A DNA stretch of 64,000 bases from Lingula anatina (taxonomy: Eukaryota; Animalia; Brachiopoda): the NCBI GenBank assembly GCA_051362555.1, contig CM120647.1:3286001-3350000 (forward strand). The letters are read 5' to 3'. The stretch's first letter is position 1. Each line of letters opens with the position of its first letter. Below the pieces are notes generated by a model. The model saw only the letters and a list, made by a program, of their open reading frames with translations. It searched no databases and was not told where the DNA came from. A program made the translations under genes and the position numbers. Positions 24,919 to 36,175 of the stretch are shown one piece after another.

Positions 24919-26585
24919 ATAATTTCCCATTGATGGCCATACCAAGAAATACCTGCAAAATTGCATGAACAAAATAAATAGGTGAAACATTTCACATCCC
25001 CATGGACAGCAGACACACTGACATAACTCCCAATGGCACAAAAATATACACAATGTTCAATGTCTAATTCCCATAATACAACAGCAATTGTTGATGTCAC
25101 AATGTTCAATGTCTTCCCATAATACAACAGCAATTGTTGATGTCACAATGTTCAATGTCTTCCCATAATACAACAGCAATTGTTGATGTCACAATGTTCA
25201 ATGTCTTCCCATAATACAGAAGCAATTGTTGATGTCACAATGTTCAATGTCTTCCCATAATACAACAGCAATTGTTATGTCACAATGTTCAATGTCTTTC
25301 CATAATACAGCAGCAATTGTTGATGTCACAATGTTCAATGTCTTCCCATAATACAACAGCAATTATTGATGTCACAATGTTCAATGTCTTCCCATAATAC
25401 AACAGCAATTGTTGATGTCACAATGTTGAATGTCTTCCCACAATGCAACCAATATTGTTGATGTCACATTGTTCAGTGTAGAAACCACCATATAATTTCC
25501 CAATGACGGCCATACTAAGAAATGCCTGCAAAACTGCATGAACAAAATAAATGGGTGAAACATTTCACATCCCCATGGACAGGAGACACACTGACATAAC
25601 TCCCAATGGCACAAAAATATACTGTCATCAAGTAAACTTTCTTACCGGCATAACTTGAACATGCGCACCCCTCTGTTTGTAAACAAACCACTGCACCGCT
25701 CACAGTCAGTAGCCCCCTCCACCAGAGGTCTCACGACTGCACCACAACTATGCCTGGTCCTGAAAAGAAAAAAAAACTGGCAGTAGTTTATATGCTAGCC
25801 TGCTAGTTGACACCAACATTAACCCTAGCAACACACAAGAAATGCCAGGAAAAATTGAAAAAAAGCACTATTTTTCTCTCACTGAACTACATTAGTCTAT
25901 AACAGGCGGTGATTGGCTGATTTAGTGGTTTATGCCCTTCCCCCCCCCCCCCCCCCGTTCTTACCTTCTGACACCAAATATTAAAACCTTCATACACTGC
26001 CAACTGCTCTTCCAAATATGACTGAGAATGGTCTGTTGGTTCCTGAGTACGGTCAAGTTGAAAATGTGGTTGCTGAATACGCCACCAAGCACACATTGCA
26101 CCTGGTGAGAAAGGCACAATTTCATGAGTAATAAAAAGTTAAATGCAAATTTCTGTGCCTGAATTTACTTCAATTGTTTTGAAATGTGGACACATGATGC
26201 TGGGCATGTGTGAAAATCTGAGATAAGCATCTTAACTGATTATGACTAGTTTAGGAGCACTTTGCTGAGGAATAAAGTGAGAGAAGTGGAAAATTGCTTA
26301 TAAAAAGATTTAAAAATATTTAAAAATATCTAAAAATTACTTAAACTCAAGTGCAAGGCTAATTGTCACAACTGTTGTTTGTGTTGTTTGTTTGTGTTGT
26401 GAGGACACAGGAAAATGTCTTTCTCTGCATAACAATACTCACCACTAAGCTGGGTAACACCCCCCCTGCCCTGCACACCTGGGAGAAACAACACTATAAA
26501 AAACCTGTCCCTGGCGTGACTATAAAAAACCTGTCTCCGTAGTCACTTGCTAACCATGCTGTATGGTAAAGGTACCTGGAAAAAA

Positions 26586-28949
26586 ATGAAGAAAAGGTGT
26601 ATTTGTGAAAGGACACAAGCTAGCCTTTAGATGACAGGAGTCAAACAGCCCTCCAGAGCCCATTGTGAGAAGATACATCAGACCCAGCTAAGAGTTGTAC
26701 CAGGCAGCCTCCTCTCCACCCCCTGCCGGGCCATCAACAACCCTCAGCAGCAATCCTGATGTCTGACAGCCCTCCAGAGCCCATTGTGAGAAGATACATC
26801 AGACCCAGCTAAGAGTTGTACCAGGCAGCCTCCTCTCCACCCCCTCCTGGGCCATCAACAACCCTCAGCAGCAATCTTGATGCACCGTGACTCTAAGACA
26901 TAGTAGGGTCCAGCCAGAGAGTTTAGTTTGTCCAGTAGCCCCCCCCCCCCCCCCCCCATACACACACACAGATGATGAATACAAGTTGGTTTCAGGAGAA
27001 AAAATTAATTGTCAATCTGGTTAACAAAGTCTTGTCAGGGCACACATCTGGGTGCACTAGCTGGCTAAATGGTTTGGGACAGCAAGGCAGAGAGCAAGTG
27101 GGGAGTGGCTTGGTCAACGGGACTAAAATGTGACACATGTCAGTACAGGACGGGGAAGTAGAAACTATAGAATGAAGTCCAAAGCAAGCAGCGTGGCTGG
27201 AGATTAGTAACAGTAAATGCAGGCTTGCAAGTTATGGCCTGTCACAGAATATGATCTCTAACACAGCAATGAGTTGGATCATAATGGCAAGCAATGTGAC
27301 CCTACCCTGCCCAGCCCATCAGCCATGCAGACACAAGCTAACAAAGTCAGTGCAGTGATAACAGAATTGAACAAAGCTGACATGCAGCAACGCTGTGAAA
27401 ACTTATGTCACATTCAGGATCTCACAGGGTATGGAGGACAGCCCATATAGCAGTGGAAGGAGATGGGAGATACAATAATAGCCTGTTCAGTGGAGGGAAC
27501 AAAATACCATACCAGCCAGCCACTCAGACTGTGTACACTGTAGCAGAGAATGTGACCAGCCAGCCACTCAGACTGCGTACACTGTAGCAGAGAATGTGAC
27601 CAGCCAGCCACTCAGACTGTGTACACTGTAGCAGAGAATGTGACCAGCCAGCCACTCAGAATGTGTACACTGTAGCAGAGAATGTGACCAGCCAGAAGGA
27701 CATTAGAGGGGAAGAAGTCTCTTGTCCAGAGCACAGTGGTGTTTACATTAGTGACAAGCTCTGTCATACTGCTGGGGTAGCGCTTGCAATTTTTTTCGCT
27801 TAGCCATATCACCACATTTTTGTCAATTTGTTATCAAAATGGGTATAATTTGGCTAAAACATGTCAAATCAAGCCCTTTTTCTTTAGCCAATTTCAGTCA
27901 GTTTTAGCATTTGGCTAAATTGGCAAGTGTAAGCGCTTCCCCAGTACTGCTCATCTGCTCAGAAGTAGAGGAGAAGATGTCTCTTGTCCAGATCACAGTG
28001 GAGTCTGTACAACCAATCTACAAGAAGAGGATAGTATTGGGGACAAACAATGCGCCATGCAGCAGATCCTTGAGGAATTTTCTTGAGAGGTCACAGTTGG
28101 CACCTTAACTACTGATGGGGACAGCCAATCCCACACTACACGTGACAATGTTGAAAGTCTTCGGGACAAACAACACTTTACCATAGCTCTGAAAAAACAA
28201 AAGGAAAAAGGAACCATTTTCTTTAAGTGTTTCCAGCAAAAACAAAAAACACTAGAGACAAAATGCAACAATGCTTTTCTCAGTGCATAGCAATGTGCTG
28301 CTATTCTGAATTTGATGCTTGCTTTAGAGCAAACCAAGGGGAAATAGAGTTGATTAAAAGAGCACTGAGATATGTTATTAACTCTATAATTAGTTGTTAC
28401 AGTGGTGATTGTCAAAATTGTTTAAAGTACTGTTATGTATGTAAAGGTGGCTCAGAAACAATTTTCCCTGAGAAAGGCAAACTAGACTTTAGCAACTCTG
28501 AAGACATGCAAATCTTGAGACAGTGCCTAAATTATAGACTGGGCCCAAAGGCAATTGAATCAACAAAACTTAATTAGTAACAACACACAAAAAGTGGAGT
28601 CTTTAATTAAACCGGACATTTCAGAAAACTAATAATAAAGATGTCACCTTTTCTCGGAACTTTGCAGTGCCAGTCCACTTAAGGAATAATGGACTTAAAC
28701 TATTCACTTTGAGTAAGATGGCCTCTGTTGGTATTGTGCCAACTTCTTCAGTCATTAAAATATCTGGAAAAAGATGAAAAACAGATGCAAATGATAGTGA
28801 ATCACAATAAGACACTTGCATTCAAGTTAAGAGCTAGAAGGAGAATCCTTAATCGCTACATAAAGTATGACAGATCTAAAGCATTGAAAAGTAATGACTA
28901 TAGAAAATGCAATGATGCCAAAACTTGTATTTCCTGATCACAGTTATTC
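26586..28949 (+). pseudogene. Kolobok(P) transposase pseudogene, unit 3
   Basis: Near-identical copy of 16777-19140. Confidence 0.82.
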
Positions 28950-29438
28950 AAAAGCCGCATTCACATCGGGCTGAGCCATGGCTCTTCAAAGCGACCTAAA
29001 TATGGCGGAGGTACATGACAGGAAAACGGCCTAATCTTTTAATAGGCTCTCCGCCTCTCACACGTCCCCCATGTATCATCCCAATGGAGCTGAGATTTAA
29101 TGACTGTCCCCCCCGCAGGGACGACGCATGGGGAGGCGTGTGAGAGGCAGAGAAACTATTAAAAGATTAGGCGTTTTTTCTTTCATGTACGTCTGCCATA
29201 TTTAGGTTGTGGCTTTGTAGAGCCATGGCTCAACTCGATGTGAATGTGGCCAAAGAGAACGAGAAAATGTATGATTTCAAGATACTACTCTGTAATAAAC
29301 TGGTTTTTAAATATACACAAGTGTGTTGGTCTTTCTTCTTCTTAAAACTTAAAAATATAATTGAGAAATCTAGAATTAAGTAAATGTAAAAAATAAATAA
29401 ATAAAAAATAAAATAAATTAAAATATTAATTATCATGT

Positions 29439-29821
29439 ACACAGTTTGGCCATGTCCGTGTCCTATGCACCTTCCCAGATTATGACAACGTAATCTGTTA
29501 TTGTTGCTTCTGTGAGGCGACTCCACACAGGTGAGATACTTCTGTCTCTCTCGGTATGTTGAGAATCCTTTCCTTTAGCATTAATGCCACCCTGTGCACT
29601 CCAACAGTAACTGAGTATCCGGCCCCAGGAAATGTAACCCTCATCATCCCATAACAGACCCCAATGGAACAACTGGTGCCCCCAGTCCAAAGCCAACAGT
29701 ATCCCTCCTGTGTGTTATACAAATTTATGTGTAATTTTTCATTTAATTGATCAAAAAATTGATAATTAGCCAGACCACCCCTTATATATTTTCCCCCTTC
29801 AGGACAGAATCAACCTGGCAT
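29439..29821 (-). pseudogene. His-Me finger nuclease pseudogene, rightmost copy with a diverged 5' half
   Basis: Carries the same 35-nt deletion. From ~29690 onward it has private substitutions, and its upstream region lacks the 46-bp array and ~135-bp duplication found in the array units. Confidence 0.82.
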
Positions 29822-31084
29822 ATAATTTCTCATTGATGGCCATGCTAAGAAATGCCTGCAAAATTGCATGAACGAAATAAATGGGTGAAATATTTCCCAT
29901 CCCCATGGACAGCAGACACACTGACATAACTCCCAATGGCACAAAAATATACTGTCATCAAGTAAACTTTCTTACCAGCATTACTTGAACATGTGCACCC
30001 CTCTGTTGGTAAACAAACCACTGCACCACTCACAGTCAGTAGCTTCCTCCACCAGAGGTCTCACGACTGCACCACAACTATGCCTGGTTCTGAAAAAAAA
30101 ATGGCAGTATTTTACACCCTAGCCTGCTAGTTGACACCAAAATTAACCCTAGCAACACACAAGAAATGCCAGGAAAAATAGGTAAAAAGCACCAATTAAC
30201 TTTCTCTCACTGAACTACATTTGTCTATAACAGTCAGTGATTGCTCCATTTAGTGGTTTCTGCCCTTCAATGTCTAATTCCCATAATACAACAGCAATTG
30301 TTGATGTCACAATGTTCAATGTCTTCCCATAATACAACAGCAATTGTTGATGTCACAATGTTCAATGTCTTTCCATAATACAACAACAATTGTTGATGTC
30401 ACAATGTTCAGTGTCTTCCCATAATACAACAGCAATTGTTGATGTCACAATGTTCAGTGTCTTCCCATAATACAACAGCAATTGTTGATGTCACAATGTT
30501 CAGTGTCTTCCCATATACCAATTGGCAACCCTCGGCTGACTCCACAAGCTCCATACAAACCTTGGACGAGATAAGTGTAGGGGTATATTTCTCTGCTGGA
30601 ACTGCCTTTTCACTCAACCAGGGCCTATACACCAGAGGGACAAGTTCCCTAAAATCCAATTTTTGGGCAGTATCGTAAAAACTTATCAGATAAAATGAAA
30701 TTGCACATTGTCTCTGAGCTAATATGATATAATGAATTTAATGTTAAAACAGCATAATCATCACCAATTTTTAATTATCAACTTTGACATTGAGAAAGTG
30801 TAACTACCATACAGCTTCATGCCTCTGGGAGGTCTAAGTCCCACAATGAAAATGCCAATATGTGAAAAATGAAAATTTCACAAAAAAAAAAAAAAAAAAA
30901 AAACTGCATTAGTGAGTGTTTCCAGAAAAAGAATATAATGAAGCTGGTTTTCTAATTCAAGCTGTATTTTACTGGTAGTCCTAATTTATGTCAATTTTGG
31001 TACAACATTACTTAATGTGGCATTTAAGAAATTCTAAGTTATTAGCTAGCAACTAGTATTAATTATCCATGAGGGACAACTGAA

Positions 31085-34000
31085 AACTAGAGGATCAGAG
31101 AGGCGATACCGCCTCCGGATATTGTACCACCAGCTGGAGTAAGCGCATTCGTATGGACCCCCTCCCCCTCCAAAAAGGGACACCATCACCAGTCTTGTGC
31201 TTGACAAGCTCTTTAAAATGCAATCAACAAAAGTTCTCAAAATATGCAAAAAAATGTAACTAAAAATGGTACAATTAAGCAGATTTTCTTATTGACTTGC
31301 ATTTTCCTACCCTTGATCACTCCTGTATTCTCTAGACAAAAGTCTTATTGGTTTTCCTTGAAATGTGTTGTCAGTGGTGCATATATGCTGACAAAAGAGA
31401 AAACCTACGGGCAACAATTGGCACATCTCTGCTAGTTTTAAAGATATGAGAGGCAAGAAAATATGCAAAGCTCAGTTCATGGAGAAGTAGGTCAAAGGTC
31501 AATTTAAAGGTCACAGTATATGAATTTCTATCCAAGTTCAATAGTAACTATGGACCTATCTCTGCCAGTTTTGGAGATAAAAGGGAACAAAAAAATTTGC
31601 AAAGTTCAGTTCATGGTGAAAAGTAGGTCAAAGGTCAATTTAAAGGTCACAGTAAATTGCCTCTAATGACTTTCTATTCAAATTCAATAGTAACTATGGG
31701 TGCATCTTTGCCAGTTTTGGAGATAAAAGGGAATGCAAATTTGCAAAGTTCAGTTCATGGTAAAAAGTAGGTCAAAGGTCAATTTTAAGGTCACAGTAAA
31801 TTGCCAGTATGTGACTTCCTATTCAAGTTCAATAGTAACTATGGACCTATCTCTGCCAGTTTTGGAGTTAAATGGGAAGGAAAATTTGCAAAGTTCAATT
31901 CATGGTGAAAAGTAAGTCAAAGGTCAATTTTAAGGTTACTGTTAAATTGCCAGTATGTGACTTCCTATTCAACTTTGACAGTAACTATGGACCTATCTCT
32001 GCCACTTTTGGAGATATAAGGGAATGAAAATGTGCAAAGTTCAGTTCATGGTGAAAAGAGGGTCAAAGGTCAATTTTAAGGTCACATTTAGATTGCCACT
32101 ATATGACTTCCCATTCAAGTTCAATAGTAACTATGGACCTATCTCTGCCAGTTTTGGAGATAAAAGGGAACAAAAACTTGCAAAGTTCAGTTCATGGTGA
32201 AAAGTAGGTCAAAGGTCAATTTCAAGGTCACATTTAGATTGCCAGTATATGACTTCCTATTCAAGTTCAGTAGTAACTATGGACCTATCTCTGCCAGTTT
32301 TGGAGATAAAAGGGAACCAAAACTTGCAAAGTTCAGTTCATGGTGAAAAGTAGGTCAAAGGTCAATTTCAAGGTCACATTTAGATTGCCAGTATATGACT
32401 TCCTATTCAAGTTTAGTAGTAACTATGGACCTATCTCTGCCAGTTTTGGAGATAAAAGGGAACAAAAACTTGCAAAGTTCAGTTCATGGTGAAAAGTAGG
32501 TCAAAGGTCAATTTTAAGGTCACATTTAGATTGCCAGTATATGACTTCCTATTCAAGTTCAGTAGTAACTATGGACCTATCTCTGCCAGTTTTGGAGATA
32601 AAAGGGAACAAAAACTTGCAAAGTTCAGTTCATGGTGAAAAGTAGGTCAAAGGTCAATTTTAAGGTCACATTTAGATTGCCAGTATATGACTTCCTACTT
32701 AAGTTCCATAGTAACTATGGACCTATCTCTGCCAGTTTTGGAGATAAAAGGGAACCAAAATTTGCAAAGTTCAATTCATGGTGAAAAGTAGGTCAAAGGT
32801 CAATTTCAAGGTCACATTTAGATTGCCAGTATATGACTTCCTATTCAAGTTCAATAGTAACTATGGACCTATCTCTGCCAGTTTTTAAGATATAAGGGAC
32901 TAAATGTTATAATTGTGGAGTTACAATAATGTGCCATAAATTTCGTACAGAAAAAAATTAATTAAAATAAAGAAAAGGTCATTTTGGTCAAAATTCTTGA
33001 AATGGGAGGTGCTCTGAAGTTCCAGATGTTCAAATTTGATGAAATAATGTCATTTTTGACCAGAAATTGTCTGCCTAGCCAAGCCTTGTTTTATTTTCCC
33101 GGGGTTCAAAATTTATTATCCATTACCGTACTGCACATTTTGCTTTCACCACCAATATGTACTTTTTGATACAGCGTAACTCGAAAACCATATGGAATAC
33201 AAAAAAACGGAGACCACCTTCAGTGTTGGGCTTTACATGCTCTACAAAATGCAAAAAAGAATAGGTCTCTAGCATAAACGGTTCCCGAATTAGAGACAGT
33301 TTTCAGTTTCGGTATCTTATAATAATAATAATAATAATTTATTGTCATATTTATACAAATATAAAATGAAAATTGGTATGATCTGTCGATAAAATGTGAT
33401 ACAGTGGAATTATTAAAATACATTTTGTTCATTAAAAATACATACTGCTGATGGATAAAAACTATTCTTAGTGCGCGTGGAGGTTGCTTTTAATGACCGC
33501 AGTCAGCTTGTTGACATATGCATAAGTAGGCTATTCGCTGGGTGACCAGGGTCATTCGTGATTGACTTTACTTTCTTGAGCACTCGTCTCGTATACAAAC
33601 ATTCAATAGACGGCAGGTCCCTACCTACAATGCGCCTGGCAGTTTTTACTACGCGATTGAGGCGATTCTTGTCCTCTACTGTAGCACTACTGTACCAGAC
33701 GGTGAAAGATTGTGTTAGCCCGGTAAAATTTTGCCAGCAGTTCTTGGTTGACATAGAATGACCTCAACCGTCGTAGAAAGTAGAGTCTTTGCTGAGCTTT
33801 GCGGACAATATCATCTATGTTAATGTGCCATTTAAGATCATCAGATATATGTATGCCAAGAAATTTGAAATGTCTGACTATTGATATTTGATATGTCTGA
33901 CTTATGGCCGCTACTCCCGTGAAAATGCACCGATTGACCCCAAATTCACGGAGACGAAAGATGACCCGAAGGGTAACACTTTCCAATAATATTATTGGTT

Positions 34001-34478
34001 AAGTCTGTGTAGTGTCTGAATATCAGCGCAAAGATTTTTTTTTTTTTGTAAAAAATTTCATTTTTTTGAAAATTTGGCCCGTTTGACCTTGAAATAAAGG
34101 TCAAAGGTCAAATCCAAGGGCATATTTGAAATCTACACATATGACTTTTGGAAAGCCGTCTGTAGAAAATTTTCCCATAATTCCTTCTGTAGGGTAGATA
34201 ATTAGCATTTAATTTTGCCATTTTTAGACAAGGGTGCATTGCAATGAGCACCACACCTAGACCCCAATACCGACAAAGCCCAAATTTTACGTGGAACGTA
34301 TTGAAATTATAGGTGACCTAAATCCAAGAGATGGGTACGGAGGCCCTTGTAGTCTAGGAGGAGAAGTGGTAATGATGACATGGCGGCGGAGCCGCAGGAG
34401 CCGGCAGAGCCGGCGGAACATACGGGTCGGGACTAAAACTATGTGTACCGCCAGCGCCTACGCTGGTGGTACAATAAA
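31085..34478 (-). mobile_element. HINE-1 copy 2, with about 10 monomers of the 146-bp satellite (31470-32900)
   Basis: Same termini as 4763-8833 (CTAGAGGATCAGAGAGGCGATACCGCCTCCGGATATTGTACCACCAGC ... GTACCGCCAGCGCCTACGCTGGTGGTACAATAA) with different flanks. Confidence 0.87.
33321..33900 (-). mobile_element. 5'-truncated Rex/Babar-type LINE inserted into HINE-1 copy 2
   Basis: Encodes FKFLGIHISDDLKWHINIDDIVRKAQQRLYFLRRLRSF...FTVWYSSATVEDKNRLNRVVKTARRIVG.DLPSIE.LY..R..KK..SI..DPGHP (RT thumb/C-terminal region). Has AATAAA plus a (TTA)n tail and TSD CTTAT (33316-33320 / 33901-33905). The empty site GGTATCTTATGGCC is at 8271-8284. Confidence 0.88.
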
Positions 34479-34819
34479 CTTTATTTTCCAGAAAGTTAAT
34501 AGTTTGTGCACTGAGACATTCTGAACTGGTTTCCATGATTCATGCTCTGCAGTAACTCACTATCTACCCATGAGAATGCTACATTATACAAATTCTACAT
34601 ATAGCAGTACATCTTAATTCCTGTTTATCTAAAAACTGTAATACTACTATCCTAGTCAAAAGTAACACAAAGAACTTCATTGTTATACATTATACAAGGT
34701 ATCCAAATATAACTGGATTGAAAGAAAACAGCATAAATAGCATAATAATCAAAGGTTGTTGAAATGTACCAATCATAAATGCCAATTTATGCATAGACAA
34801 GAGTAAAACACTCATGGAA

Positions 34820-35423
34820 AAAAGACGCAGAGGCGTCGAGTGAAAATTTAATTCCCCATGTACATGGAGGGATCTGGGAACGCATGATAAGAACTGTCAG
34901 AAAAATTCTGACAGCACTGTTGTCAAATGTGTCTACCAACTCATTGTCTGATTGGGTATTACAAACAATTTTATGTGAGTGCGAAAGCATTATAAATGGA
35001 AGACCCATGACAAAAGTCAGCCTCAAATGACTGTGACGCTCTTACTCCTAACCATCTGTTACTACTCCGTAACAATCCCTCTCTTCCTTGGGGTGATTTT
35101 GAAATAGCAGATGCGTATAGACGGTTGTGGAGACATTGTCAATTTCTTGTTTCCCAGTTCTGGAAGCGATGGACTAGGGAATATTTATCTTTGCTTCAGT
35201 CTAGACATAAATGGCGGGAGATCAAGCAAAATTTAAAGAGGGGGGACCTTGTCCTTAGCTTTTAGTTGATGCCTCTATGCCCCGTGGTTCATGGCCTCTA
35301 GCTGTAGTAGATGATGTTAAGATTGGGAGAGATAGCTTAGTGCGTAGCGCCACAGTTCGTACTAAATTGTCCCACTACAGTCGACCCATCACAAAATTGG
35401 AATTTTTAGAGGGAGACTGTTAA
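34820..35423 (+). pseudogene. BEL/Pao LTR retrotransposon pol 3' fragment (integrase C-terminus plus DUF5641-like region)
   Basis: HGGIWERMIRTVRKIL..LQTILCECESIINGRPMT..DALTPNHLLL..RRLWRHCQFLVSQFWKRWTREYLSLLQSRHKW..NLKRGDLVL..PRGSWPLAVV..GRDSLVRSATVRT..SRPITKL, with frameshifts. Stop at 35421-35423. Confidence 0.92.
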
Positions 35424-35660
35424 GATATGTTATATTATTACAATATTGTTTAAGTGGTATTGTTTTAACAATAAATTGTAAGTAAATTTGAATAAGCATA
35501 AGTAATTTTGTTGATTTTTGTTTATAACAGATAATATGAGTGAATATGTGTTTGTTTGAGTATGTAGTGAGGCAGATAAATGCATTTTTGTACAAATAAA
35601 ATGCCATTTTAATTTTAATTTTTATTTATTTATTTGTTTATTTTTCTGTTTTAGTGGGAG

Positions 35661-36175
35661 TGTTGTCACTTACAACAACAAGTTGCGATTACGGTCGTAT
35701 TACTAGCCATCTTTGTTTTGTTATGCAAATGATTTGCTCAGTATATATATGGCCAGCAGTAGTTCTGGGCGCGGCCACGTTTGTAATTGCACAGCAGAAG
35801 GCTCAGGTCGCCAAGTCTCAAGATTTAGTGTAGTCACTTTGGCAAAATCTGTGGATCACCCTCGGGCGGGAAAAGCCACATTTCTCTGTACGTATTGTTA
35901 ACCAATTGCATAATGTTTGTGTAAAAGCACAAGTCATTTTGTCTCGCCAAATTTATAGTATGCACAACATTTCCCATTTCTTATAATTAATTCATTGTTT
36001 CTTTTTATATTTGTATTCAGTTTATATTATATTTGTGTATTTTTATATTATCAGTTTGGTGTTTATCTTTCATTATTTTGTTATTTTTTAGTTTTACCAT
36101 GTCAGTGTATGTGCGTGAATAAAGGTGTGAACATTTTCCCATTGTTTGTGTTCGTTTGGCGTGGGATCCGCAACA
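35661..36175 (+). mobile_element. 3' LTR of the BEL/Pao element (515 bp)
   Basis: A polypurine tract AGTGGGAG (35653-35660) directly precedes TGTTG, and the LTR ends in CAACA. There is a TATA-like tract at ~35742 and AATAAA at 36118. Confidence 0.75.

Larger units (their letters stand above)
14806..29689 (+). mobile_element. Tandem array (macrosatellite) of three ~4.9-kb KolobokP-derived units
   Basis: Identical ORFs recur at 17596/22502/27405 and 15570/20475/25381 (period 4903-4906). The only differences I saw between units are poly-C lengths and one A/G change (16381 vs 21285). Confidence 0.93.

Noticed and set aside
30514-30720. Coding-like fragment right of the last minisatellite
   Set aside because: The ORFs are short and fused to repeat sequence, with no recognisable motif.
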